Shown: one piece after another, positions 34,059-44,800 of the stretch
How the letters are laid out: each line of letters opens with the position of its first letter
How positions within the stretch are numbered: the first letter of the stretch is position 1
IMG/VR virus record: IMGVR_UViG_3300046000_006880
DNA from: an uncultured virus (IMG/VR IMGVR_UViG_3300046000_006880)
Lineage: Duplodnaviria; Heunggongvirae; Uroviricota; Caudoviricetes
Length of the DNA: 64,000 bases
Direction: 5' to 3' (one strand)
Program-made: the position numbers and the translations under genes
The notes under the pieces: generated by a model
The model's input: the letters and a program-made list of their open reading frames with translations, nothing else
Told to the model about the DNA's origin: nothing
Database searches by the model: none

Positions 34059-36455
34059 TTAAGGGGTATACACCAATAAGACTGAGCCATTGCCTGCATC
34101 TGGAAAAGCCGTAGGATTGCTTCCAAATGCAGATGTTGTAATAGTGTACATATTTCTTAATCCACCTGATCTATAGTCTTCAGCACTACCACTATATGAT
34201 CCAGATATTTGTGCATTTTTTGCAATTTCAACTTGGCGACCTTCTTGCCCTAAAGAAAGTCTATAGATAAACGTTGATCCAGTTGCTGACTCATCACCTG
34301 CAATATCATATCTTTTAAAATCTGTATACATTAGGTATTGCGAAAGGTTATCATCATAGATTAAAAAGTCAGATCCTGTGTTACTTTGAATTGAATAGTT
34401 TCCTACTTTTATTCTTCCAGTGCCAGTTGAAATAATTCCTGCTTCATCAATAGTCCAACCATTTGTAAGGGTTCCTAGATAACCACCTCCTGCTTTTATA
34501 TCTCCAGTAATCTCTGCATCTGTTGCAAATACTTTACCTGCTACTGTTACTCTAAACTTGTTTGCTGTATCATTTGGGCCTGTTCCGTTACCCGCCCAAA
34601 ATACAGAATGAGTTACATCATTTCCTGGGCTATTAATGCCAGCCTTGTATGTGCTAATAGATGAATTTGAAACTGCAATGTATCCATTAGTTGAGTCTAT
34701 TTCTATATTACCTTTTCCAGATATTGACGTTTTAAAAATACTACTTGATGATACGTCCCAGCCTCCGATATTTGCAGAGGCGGTAGTTAGTTTTCCATTG
34801 CTTGCATCAATTGTTGTAATACCTGATACAGAAGATGAGTTAAATGTTAAACCTGAAGAGTTTAATATGTACCCAGCACCTGAAAGGCTGCCCGAAACTA
34901 TAGTTCCTGAATATAAAGATCCTCCAGAAATTATTCCAACATTGCCAGCAAAGTATCCACTTCTTGCAGTTATGTCTCCATCAATTGTAAATGTAGATCC
35001 ATCCCAAGAAATATAGTTTGTCGTGCTTCCGCCTACTTTTAATGATGCTGATTGTGCTGAGTCTATATACCAATAGTTATGTGTATTAAATACTAAACCT
35101 CTTTTACCAGTATCTACTCCATATCCAAATTTAAATGTTCCAGTATCGGTTCCACTTACTCCTGCTTGAAAATATCCTGTAGTTGATACATTTGTTCCTA
35201 TAAACGGTGTTCCGCTAATTGCAACATTTGAGCCAGCAATGTAAGAAGTAGAATCGTTATTGTATTCATCGTATGTAGCAACTGCAAATTCATATGTTAG
35301 TCCTACTCCTAAACCAGATAACCTGTATGCCGTTCCAGTACCTGGTGAGTCGGCATATGAGTAGGATGATACAGGACTTGTTACTGGTCTATATCTTATT
35401 CTGTATCCACGAATACCGCCAGTTGTGACGGCAGCCCAAGAAATATCTGCATAACCATTAAACCCAATTGTTCCAGTAGTATCTAATCCGCCTGTTGTTG
35501 TAACTGTTGCTACATCTGCTGGTCCTGTTGTATCTGCTACAACTGGGTTTGTTGGAGTAATTTTGTATGCAGTTGAAAATGGTGTTGCAAGTCCCGCATC
35601 TGAATAAAACCTTGCCTTAACCCAACGTGCATTAAAGTTTGAAGTAATAATATTTGCGGGATTAACTGTTCCAAAATATGATCTAAGATAAGTAACTCCT
35701 GTTGGAGCAGTAGAACTTGTTGACTCATATTCTACAATTTCAATTGAGTTATATCGTGCTTCAGTTGGTGTGGTATAGGCAACGCTATAACCAGCATTGA
35801 TTGCTGTTACAGTAATTGTTGGGGTTGGTAGGTCTAAGGTATAGGTAGGAATAGATGCAACACACGCTGTGCTACTTTTATTATAAAATGGATCTATTGA
35901 TAAAACGCAGATGGCTGTAAATACTGTTCTTTGGATTCCAAACATTGATTCGTTTAGTGCTTTTGTTACTGTAAGGGTTTGTGCGGTTTGAGTTCTATTT
36001 ACTAAAAATGATTGAAGGGGTGTTTGCTTTGTTACTCCATCTGCGGTTAGTTCAACTATAAATTCAGATACCGTTGAATTTAATGAGTCCAAATAATCCC
36101 AGTTAAAACCAATTACTAGATCATCTCCAGACCAAGATGCAGTAACACTTGATACTGCAGTTGGCGTAACTGCTCCATAACCAGTTTTATAACCTGGATT
36201 TCCATTAGATGGTGGAACATACTGTTTTTCTTTTGTTCCCGAAGGGTTTGCAGATCCTTTTACTCCTGTAGGATTAGAAGTGTTGGTTCCCCCAGAAGCT
36301 ATCAGCTTTCCGTCAAAACCAACAATATCAATTTCTGCACCTTGACGTGATTTTGTTTGTGAAACTTTATTCCAAGCAACTCTAGGGTCATCAGCACTTA
36401 TTGGTACCGTGGGATTTTTTGCAACGCTTTTGCCACTTTTATATTTTGAGTTCAT
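34059..36455 (-). CDS. Minor tail protein with FN3 domain and beta-repeat C-terminus
   Basis: GYRIRYRP...LSGLGVGLTYEFAVATYD FN3; IGGW repeats typical of tail spikes/fibres. Confidence 0.75.
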   Translation of the reverse strand: MNSKYKSGKSVAKNPTVPISADDPRVAWNKVSQTKSRQGAEIDIVGFDGKLIASGGTNTSNPTGVKGSANPSGTKEKQYVPPSNGNPGYKTGYGAVTPTAVSSVTASWSGDDLVIGFNWDYLDSLNSTVSEFIVELTADGVTKQTPLQSFLVNRTQTAQTLTVTKALNESMFGIQRTVFTAICVLSIDPFYNKSSTACVASIPTYTLDLPTPTITVTAINAGYSVAYTTPTEARYNSIEIVEYESTSSTAPTGVTYLRSYFGTVNPANIITSNFNARWVKARFYSDAGLATPFSTAYKITPTNPVVADTTGPADVATVTTTGGLDTTGTIGFNGYADISWAAVTTGGIRGYRIRYRPVTSPVSSYSYADSPGTGTAYRLSGLGVGLTYEFAVATYDEYNNDSTSYIAGSNVAISGTPFIGTNVSTTGYFQAGVSGTDTGTFKFGYGVDTGKRGLVFNTHNYWYIDSAQSASLKVGGSTTNYISWDGSTFTIDGDITARSGYFAGNVGIISGGSLYSGTIVSGSLSGAGYILNSSGLTFNSSSVSGITTIDASNGKLTTASANIGGWDVSSSSIFKTSISGKGNIEIDSTNGYIAVSNSSISTYKAGINSPGNDVTHSVFWAGNGTGPNDTANKFRVTVAGKVFATDAEITGDIKAGGGYLGTLTNGWTIDEAGIISTGTGRIKVGNYSIQSNTGSDFLIYDDNLSQYLMYTDFKRYDIAGDESATGSTFIYRLSLGQEGRQVEIAKNAQISGSYSGSAEDYRSGGLRNMYTITTSAFGSNPTAFPDAGNGSVLLVYTP

Positions 36456-36467
36456 GGCTGTTCCTAA

Positions 36468-36986
36468 TTATTTTGGACCTGTTGCTTGCCAATTTAAATA
36501 AAAATATCCAGTCAAAGGATCAGGATCTTCGCTTGTGCTAGTTGCCCTTGTTACTCTAAAACTAAACTGTGAATCAGTTACGTGAAAAATATTAAAAATA
36601 ATATTATGATTTGTATCGTCAAGTGCTCCAAATGATGAATGTCCAAATCGCATTGTTCCAGTTACAATAGGTTTGGCACTAAAGGCTGTTGTTCCAGATA
36701 CTGCGTCTATAAAAGATATGTCTCCATAAAATATTTGATCTCCTGTGTTGCTAGATGCAGTTGTGGTATCAATTTTAGTTGTGCCATAAAGCATTTTTTG
36801 TGGTCCTGGATTATATTCATGAACTACATCATTATCGCCATTCCAGTCTACGGTACCCGAACCCTGCACACCAAAATTATTTGTAATAGAGCTAATACTA
36901 TCGCTATGCTGATTAACAACATTAATGACTTGCTGCCATGCACCAAGGTCTATAATATTTGGATCTGATATTTTTACATAAGGCAT
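36468..36986 (-). CDS. Minor tail protein (C-terminal H-type-lectin-like beta sandwich)
   Basis: FSAKPIVT...LNWQATG C-terminal pattern; tail module position. Confidence 0.55.
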   Translation of the reverse strand: MPYVKISDPNIIDLGAWQQVINVVNQHSDSISSITNNFGVQGSGTVDWNGDNDVVHEYNPGPQKMLYGTTKIDTTTASSNTGDQIFYGDISFIDAVSGTTAFSAKPIVTGTMRFGHSSFGALDDTNHNIIFNIFHVTDSQFSFRVTRATSTSEDPDPLTGYFYLNWQATGPK

Positions 36987-37033
36987 TCTTGTTCTCCTAT
37001 TTTATCAATTATACCATAGCAGAATGTTGTCAT

Positions 37034-40000
37034 TTATTGTATCCTTTTAAGTCCCAGCCTTGTTTCAAGGCCTTGATTAAATGAGTGAGATACAGAATGA
37101 ACAAAATATTTTTGCTGGCTTATACCATTTAGAGAATAAGTAAGAGTAATTATGTCTCCAACTTGGATTAAAGGATTACCAAATATACTAAGGTTGGCAT
37201 CTTTTGAAAAACCTTCAATTCCCATTTGTACCAGCTTAAGCATTCTTTGTGCTGCTTGCTTTGACTGTATCCATTCTGAGTCTAGTTGTGCTACTTCTGA
37301 GCTATTAGATTGATCAATCAATACCTCCAAAATTTCAGGGTCAGAAGGAGCAACAATTTCATGTGTCCAGAGATTTAAGTTAATTGTAAATTGATCAAGG
37401 TCATCTGCCTCTTTATGTAAAAATACCATGTTTGATGAATTATTAGCAATTACCATCTTTGCTCTAAATCCTGTGTTAATTGGGGTTGAGTAAGAAAGTG
37501 AATATTCATCAATTAACTTTTTTTGATAATTAGTCTGATCTTCTTTTTCATTTCCTGGAAAATAATACCACATATATTCAACTGGTAACACATCTACTGA
37601 AACTGCTGCAGGAGTTGTATATTGAACATCGTAATAGTTAATTCCAGCTACTTCAGGGCTTGTCTGCATTAAATAAGTAATTGAATTTGAGTATAGTGGT
37701 TGACCTTGGACTAAACCATTTAAAAATTCTCTATCTTGGTAAAAATAACTAACGCTTCTTTCTGTTAATGCTTTTTCTGTTGCATGAATTTCTCTAAGGG
37801 CGGCAGGAGAAACTCTTGTTCCCTGATCAAAATATTCAGGTTCTGGGTGTAGATCTGGAACCATTGTAGGATACATTGATGCATGAAAGCCAAACTTAGT
37901 TCCTGTTTGAATGTCATCATCAAAGTATGGTTTTTGTCTCATACCAGTTAAACCATTTACTTCAGTTGATTTCCAGCCAGAACCTCCAGGATTTGTTGTT
38001 ACATCATAATCATCTGTTTTAGATTCTTGCCATCCAACTATTTCTACGTTGTTTAAAAATATTGATAAAATTATTTTGTTGTTTCCTACGGTACCGCTTT
38101 CTCCATCTGAACCATCTGAAGAAGTTATTGCAACTTTTAAATTAAATGGGTTATCTGTTACATAAGAGTATTCATATTCTTTACCAACCAAAGTTTTTTT
38201 AATTATCTTTGAAAAATTATTTACGATACTGTTACACTCTCCAGTAACCTCTGACCAAAACATTACACCAGTTGTTACATTTTTTGCTAATAATACATAC
38301 TTGTATTTTGGTGGATCGTAAAGATCTCCTGGTGATTTTGGATTTTCTTGGTTATACCTTACAAGCTCAATAAAATAAGCTTCTGCAGAAGATGTTGTAC
38401 TTGCCATGTTAAAGAATAGACCAGCAGAAGCCACAGACTGATCTGGCATATCAAACTTTACAGAATAGGTGTGATAACCTATATCTGTTTCAGTTGTTGG
38501 ATATATGAGAAGTTTATTATTTATACCAATATCATATATGGTTTCACTAACGTTTATTTTTGAAATGCTTGGCAAAGTACTTTCATTATCATTGTCATCT
38601 ATTATTGATGTATATCCTGAAGATGTTGCTAATGCAAGGGTTGAATCATTAAATCGTTTTTCAGAAAGACTCTTGCTGGCTAAAGTAGTAATTCTTGTAT
38701 GTGCTGCTGGCACTGTTCCATATAGTCCACGCTGAACATTTGTAATATTTCCAGTAGGAGTTACTATAACTTCATAGTCAAACGGAACTGTTGCCTCTCC
38801 GCCAGAGACATAAGTGCCTGCTGCTGGATCAATAATTGAAAAAGAAGTATTTGTTCTGCTAGAAATAATTCCATTTATGTTATATGTTTTAGGATTAACT
38901 GCAGTGACAATCACTTTTTGTCCTACCTTAAAAGTATTTGCTGCCGTATAAACTACTGCGCTTCCGCTTCTAGCAACATTTGTAACAGTTGCATAAGAAG
39001 TTTTTAGCCCAACATTATTTTGTTTAATAAAATTGTTTATTTCCGATTGAAGTTCCGTATCATTTTTTATTGAAACTGTAATTGGACTTTCTCCAAACTT
39101 TCCAATCTCATATTCTTTATAAAGAAATGAAACAATTTCATTTTCAATAAAAGCATAACCACTTGCATCACGATTAAAAGTATGAAAAATGTCTTGAAGA
39201 TCATTAACATTTATGTTAAACATATTTGAATTTTTTTCCATGTTGCTATTTATATAGTTAAACCCAACAGAGTCTATGCTTTGTTGCTGCCATACAACAT
39301 CATTAGATGTTGCATAAACAAAAGATGGAGAATTTTTAACCATTGGGTTTGTAACATTTTGTAAAGAAGGAGATTGTTTAACTTTAGGAATTTGATATCT
39401 TAAAGAAATTTTTCCTGGCTTTGCTTTATTAGAGATAGAAAATCCACCTTGTTTAATGTTAAAGTCTGAGACTGTTAGATTAGATGTGCTTGAAGATAAA
39501 ATATTATGCAAACTTAAAAATTTCATAATTCCATATTCATCAATATATGCTCCAATTTGATAAGCAACAAATATCTTATTAAGTGTGTCTACAATAGTTG
39601 AGTCTTTTGAGTTGCAGTAAAAGTATGCTAGATCCATTGGATTAGCTTTATTGTTACAAACGTTGTAAAGAGAGTCATAGTCGTAATCTGTAAAACCAGC
39701 CAAATCAAGAATATTAGTGATTACATCAAATACGTTTTTTAAGTTAACTACATAATCAGGAACTGGGGTTGATTGGAGATATCTTGAGATATCAAAAGAC
39801 TGAATAGAAACTGTATCTATATCTGATTCATCCCAAGAGTCTGAATAAAATACCCCTGCTGGAACATAGGCTGTTGTAGATGTTACGGTATTTGTAGATA
39901 AATCAGAGTACTCAAAAAGATTAAAATTAACATAAAACTTAATATTTTTTCTAAGAATACTTGAAAGCAATGTAGAGGCACTATCGCTTTGACTAGAAAA

Positions 40001-41389
40001 AACATTAACTATTTCATTATTATATAAAAGTGGTATTGCTGAAAGTGTTATGTTACAACTGTTTGTGTTCATTGAGGAAATAGGCAATAGATTATTTTGT
40101 CCGTCTAAGGATTTATCTATTGATATATTTTCAACAAAACTTGATAAATCTACTTCAAGTCTTGGAGAAACCTCAACAAGTTGCATCTTGACTAAATCAC
40201 TAGTTAAATTAGCATTGTCATAAGAAGAAAATTCGGATCTGGTTGTTTTTGATATTTGTGATACAGATAATGATGTTAATGACATTGTTTGGCTTATAGA
40301 CCCAGAACTTGTAAAACTAGGCATAGAAGACCACTTTGTTTTTGTCCATTCCGAGCCTGTGTAGTATAGAGTCAATAGACCTGTGGTAAAACTATCTGCG
40401 TTAGCTGGCATAGATATGGTTTCACTGCCGTCAACACTAATAAAAGAATTATTTACTTTTATTTTTATTGAAGGTATTGTTACTAGTGTATTAAACTTAA
40501 CAATAATTTTGTTAGTAAGAATACCCTTTTCATATTTTGCCGTTATCATATTACTTGTACCATCTGAAACAAAATATTTATAAGCAGAAATGTCTGTTGG
40601 TAAAGCACTCTTTAGTGCTGGTACTGGGGAAGATGCTAGAAAAAATGACGGCATTTGCGTTATAGAACTTATTGGAGAATATACAGCAGATGTATAACCA
40701 GTTATTGTAGGTGAGGTAATTTTTCTATAATTAGAAGGAAATAAACAATTTATATTTCCAGATGGTACGTATGACTCACCTGGTCTAAAGTATGAGAAAA
40801 CGCTATCGGTTGGCCAAAAAGATCCATACTTATAGTCCTCATAAGAGGTTTTGTATACTTCTGGTACCGTAAAATATACTATTGGATTATCAGTTATACC
40901 ACTTAAAACATTAAAATTAACTCTATAAGTAAATGAAGATATAGTATCTCCTGATGCTTGCGATGTTCCAATGTATGTGGTAATTTTAGTCCACCCAAGA
41001 GAACTAACTTCTTCTTGGGTTGATCCGTATTGACTACTTGTTCCTTCGGCAAAAGCAGTAGCCATAATTGGCATAGAGTTATTTGTTTTTACATAGGTAA
41101 TTATTTTATATGCTTTACCGCCATTAGCAGTAACAGAATATTGTAAAAAACCTTGTCCACTTGACATTGTAAATTTTTTAGTTGTAAAGTTAGGTTTTGA
41201 TTCACCTGTGGTTGCAGAAGCTAGGGTACCCGTAGAAGAAGGCGATGTTAAGCTCATTGCTGTAATATCACCTGCAATAGTTACATAAGGTGGATTAAAT
41301 AAGTTATGATTCCACTCAGCAGAAACTACGGGGACTAAACCAATTGAATCAGAATCATTAAAGATTGCAGAGTTAATGTTATCTAACAC
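37034..41389 (-). CDS. Large tail tip / baseplate hub protein
   Basis: 1451 aa, two genes after the tape measure; YIDEYGIMKF and GNPLIQVGDIITL motifs typical of Tal/hub proteins. Confidence 0.75.
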   Translation of the reverse strand: MLDNINSAIFNDSDSIGLVPVVSAEWNHNLFNPPYVTIAGDITAMSLTSPSSTGTLASATTGESKPNFTTKKFTMSSGQGFLQYSVTANGGKAYKIITYVKTNNSMPIMATAFAEGTSSQYGSTQEEVSSLGWTKITTYIGTSQASGDTISSFTYRVNFNVLSGITDNPIVYFTVPEVYKTSYEDYKYGSFWPTDSVFSYFRPGESYVPSGNINCLFPSNYRKITSPTITGYTSAVYSPISSITQMPSFFLASSPVPALKSALPTDISAYKYFVSDGTSNMITAKYEKGILTNKIIVKFNTLVTIPSIKIKVNNSFISVDGSETISMPANADSFTTGLLTLYYTGSEWTKTKWSSMPSFTSSGSISQTMSLTSLSVSQISKTTRSEFSSYDNANLTSDLVKMQLVEVSPRLEVDLSSFVENISIDKSLDGQNNLLPISSMNTNSCNITLSAIPLLYNNEIVNVFSSQSDSASTLLSSILRKNIKFYVNFNLFEYSDLSTNTVTSTTAYVPAGVFYSDSWDESDIDTVSIQSFDISRYLQSTPVPDYVVNLKNVFDVITNILDLAGFTDYDYDSLYNVCNNKANPMDLAYFYCNSKDSTIVDTLNKIFVAYQIGAYIDEYGIMKFLSLHNILSSSTSNLTVSDFNIKQGGFSISNKAKPGKISLRYQIPKVKQSPSLQNVTNPMVKNSPSFVYATSNDVVWQQQSIDSVGFNYINSNMEKNSNMFNINVNDLQDIFHTFNRDASGYAFIENEIVSFLYKEYEIGKFGESPITVSIKNDTELQSEINNFIKQNNVGLKTSYATVTNVARSGSAVVYTAANTFKVGQKVIVTAVNPKTYNINGIISSRTNTSFSIIDPAAGTYVSGGEATVPFDYEVIVTPTGNITNVQRGLYGTVPAAHTRITTLASKSLSEKRFNDSTLALATSSGYTSIIDDNDNESTLPSISKINVSETIYDIGINNKLLIYPTTETDIGYHTYSVKFDMPDQSVASAGLFFNMASTTSSAEAYFIELVRYNQENPKSPGDLYDPPKYKYVLLAKNVTTGVMFWSEVTGECNSIVNNFSKIIKKTLVGKEYEYSYVTDNPFNLKVAITSSDGSDGESGTVGNNKIILSIFLNNVEIVGWQESKTDDYDVTTNPGGSGWKSTEVNGLTGMRQKPYFDDDIQTGTKFGFHASMYPTMVPDLHPEPEYFDQGTRVSPAALREIHATEKALTERSVSYFYQDREFLNGLVQGQPLYSNSITYLMQTSPEVAGINYYDVQYTTPAAVSVDVLPVEYMWYYFPGNEKEDQTNYQKKLIDEYSLSYSTPINTGFRAKMVIANNSSNMVFLHKEADDLDQFTINLNLWTHEIVAPSDPEILEVLIDQSNSSEVAQLDSEWIQSKQAAQRMLKLVQMGIEGFSKDANLSIFGNPLIQVGDIITLTYSLNGISQQKYFVHSVSHSFNQGLETRLGLKRIQ

Positions 41390-41895
41390 TAGATCTCCGT
41401 AAATTCAATACTTATATCTACATAGTCTGCTACTGAGGTTCTTTTTGAAAGAGTCTTTGAAAATGAGGTTATAAAAACACTATATGTTCTAGATCCCGTT
41501 GCATTTGTCGTAGATGTTTCTGTGTACGCCGTTTTAAAATTAGTGCCAGATTCGTCTGGAATTGCACCTAGAGCAGGGTCTGCATTAAGTTTAGATTCAA
41601 TAACCTTAACATATATTGGGATCCCAGCGTTAGCATTATAAAATGATTCCATCCAAGCAGCGCCTTTATTGCCGTCTGCTGTCTCTGCTGTCTTTGTAGG
41701 CAAAAATGTCCAAGAAGTTGAAATGTTATGTTTTTTAGCAACTACATATTTTCTCATAGCACCATTGGCCATACGAGATGATGACTCAATTAGATCCACG
41801 TCTATCTGGATAGGTTCTCTATTATGGTCTGTTAGTTTGTACCAAGTTGATCCATTTAAGGATACCTGTATACCTGCTTGAATTTTATATACCAT
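41389..41895 (-). CDS. Distal tail-like minor tail protein
   Basis: Immediately after the tape measure; RMANGAMRKY and SWTFLP. Confidence 0.65.
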   Translation of the reverse strand: MVYKIQAGIQVSLNGSTWYKLTDHNREPIQIDVDLIESSSRMANGAMRKYVVAKKHNISTSWTFLPTKTAETADGNKGAAWMESFYNANAGIPIYVKVIESKLNADPALGAIPDESGTNFKTAYTETSTTNATGSRTYSVFITSFSKTLSKRTSVADYVDISIEFTEI

Positions 41896-44800
41896 TACAT
41901 CATCACCGCATTTGATTTATTATTTTTTGAGGTTTCAAGTTTAAGTTTTCTAATTACTTGGTTTGCTATTTCACTTGGATTTGAACTTCCACCATTTATA
42001 GTCATATCAATATTATACACTGCTCCACCCATTGAAGTGCTTGAATTTGATGTACCAACCTTTTGATTGTTAATTGCATCCATAAATCCAACACCATAGT
42101 TTTTAACTGAATCTGCTTTTACTATATATTCTCCATTAGATACACGAAGTTGTGGTAGTCCACCACTTGCAAATCTAGCAGCGATTGAGTCTGATGTTCC
42201 CGTGCCTGGACCTTTAATAAGACCACCCATGTAGTTGCCTTTTGCTTTTGCTTTATTTAATGCTGTTTCTGCATTAGTAACTCTTGCTCCAGCAGTTAAT
42301 TCTGAGATTCTATTTTCTAGATCTGTTATTTTTTTATCAAGTGCAATAGATGCTGTTTCTTTATTAAATTCTGCTCTTTGGAATGATTTTTGTTGATCAA
42401 TTATTGCAGCACCAATATAGTTACCTGAAATTTTTGCTTGAACTGCCTCTTGTTGCAATTGCATTAATTTTTGTTGATACTCATATTCACGTTTTACTTC
42501 GTCGGCAGATTCTTTAGATGCATCTCTAATTTTCTTTTTTTGCACAAGCTCTTGTTGAAGTCTAGCAATTGTAAGCTTTGCTTGTTTAGAAAGCACATCA
42601 GTATTTGTTCCACCAGCGCTGCCGCCGTCTTCAATACCGCCAAACATCTCTGCTAAAGTTTTTTGAGTTTGATCATACAATTCTTTAAAATCTTTTGATT
42701 TTGCGTATGCTTCAATTTGTTTAGCTAGGCTAGTTTTTCTCATTAAATTGTTTTTTTCAGCAAATGATCTAACTGCTGGAATACGAATATTGCCTTTTTC
42801 GTCACGCTCTATAGGTGTTGTTTGCATTACAGCATTTGCTAACATTATTTGTCCAGCACTTAATTTTGCCGCTAGTCCTGCAGATTTGTAGACTTCTTTA
42901 ATTTGATTAAGTCTATCAATAGCATCTTTATTTCCACTATTATTTATTGCAGTACTAAGTGCAATAACTCCAATTTTTGCATTAAGCGAAGAAGCATTTA
43001 CTCCGTCTATTCTTTGTTTCATTTGATCAAAAGTAAGTGATCCATTACTAGTAATACTAAATATATTTAACAATTGATCTGCAAATGCTTTTTGTACTGC
43101 AGTTAATTCTTTATATGATTTTGCAAATTCTCCTGCAACATTTACATTATATAAAAATGAATCACCATTTTTTTGAATTAAAGTATCAAGTTTGTTTAAA
43201 CTTTTAGTTGTAGCTGTTTGAGCATCAACAACATCTTTAGAAACAGACTGCCAAACCGCTCCAAAATCTTTTGTTCTGTTCGCAGCGGCAAGTAAAACTT
43301 GTACATATTGTTGTGCATTTTTTGGATCAAGTCCACCAGTTGCAATTGCTGAAGTAACTTGTGATCTAATTGAACCTGTAACACTTTGTAGATCAGACTT
43401 ATTAGATGATATATTTTTAATAAATTTTGATATTGGGTCATCTTCTGGAAGTGCTTTAATAGAAGCAACCATATTTTGAATTTCTGGAGAAAGAAAACCT
43501 AAAGAATCTTTAAGGGTTTTTGAAGAATCGGTAATACTAGTTATTTTTAAACTAGTGTCTAAAGCAGTATCGCCAAACATTTTAATAACTTCTGTACTTG
43601 CTGTAAAAGTTGCTTTTACTGTAGCATCATGTTCTTTTTCTTTTGATATAAGTGTAACTAGTGCAGAAGAAACTAATCCTATTGCAGCCCCTGCTGCAGT
43701 ACCCCAGGGACCAAAAAGCATACCCATATTAGCACCAGTCATGGTAGATTGAATAACTCCTTTACCAGCAAAGTCTGGCATGGATCCAAGTGCCATGTTT
43801 GCACCAAGGAGGCCAAGACCTCCACCAAGTCCTCCAACCCTACCCATTCCTCCACGCATTCTTCCTGCTACTGAAGTGTTTTGTGCTTGTGGTCTAGGGA
43901 TTACTGATAATTCTTGTGTTCCCGCAGGAATTATAGGACCAATTGGGGCAGGGCCTTGTCCTCTTGTTGCACGTCGTGCTCCAGTTCTGGTTCCATTTAC
44001 TGCTGTTGAACTTAATTGTTCTGCTTGTGTCTTAACATTCTTTTTACGCTTTTTCATTCCAACTTCAAGGCCACGAGCAATGTCTTCACCAATTGGAATT
44101 GTTTTTTTAGAAGGAGATGCAGTACCTGCTGCTTTAGCTGCAGATTTAATTGCGCCATTTGAAATTTCTGCTGCTTGCCCGTTCATAACTTGTGCAGCTT
44201 TTGATACAGATCCTGAAGCCATTGGATTAGCTTGCAAAGATGCAATGTCTGTCATCTGTGGTTTAAATACGTGACCCATCTGTAAATCTGCTGCAGAGTT
44301 TCCAGTCATTCTTTCATATAGAGTTTTAACTCCAGGTCTGATTGCTGTGTAAGACCTTGTTCCAAATAGTTTAGTTTGAAAAGCTCCTCTTCTTCCACGA
44401 GATGGGTTTGTTTCTCCAGGTTTTCTTGCCTCTGTAGGAATTGTTCCATATACATCTGGATCTAATCCAAAAGTTTTTCTTACAACTCCTCGTTCTGCCT
44501 CAGATGCTATCTGGTTAACTTCTTTTTCTACCGTTTGTCCTGCATTTGTCCAAGCGCTAGCAAATCTTTCATTACTATCTTTTATGTCTTTATATGTTGT
44601 ATCAAGATCTAAGTTTAATTTATCAACAAAAGACTTAGTAAGGTTTTCGTATTCTTTTGCAATAGGATCAAATTTTCCTACACGTATATTTGATTGTGTT
44701 GGAGCAATTCCTCTTGACTCACCAATTCTTGCTATTAGGTTTGATAAAACAGAAGGGACGTCTGTTGCTCCTGCTTTTTGTTTCATATTTTCTGTTTTGT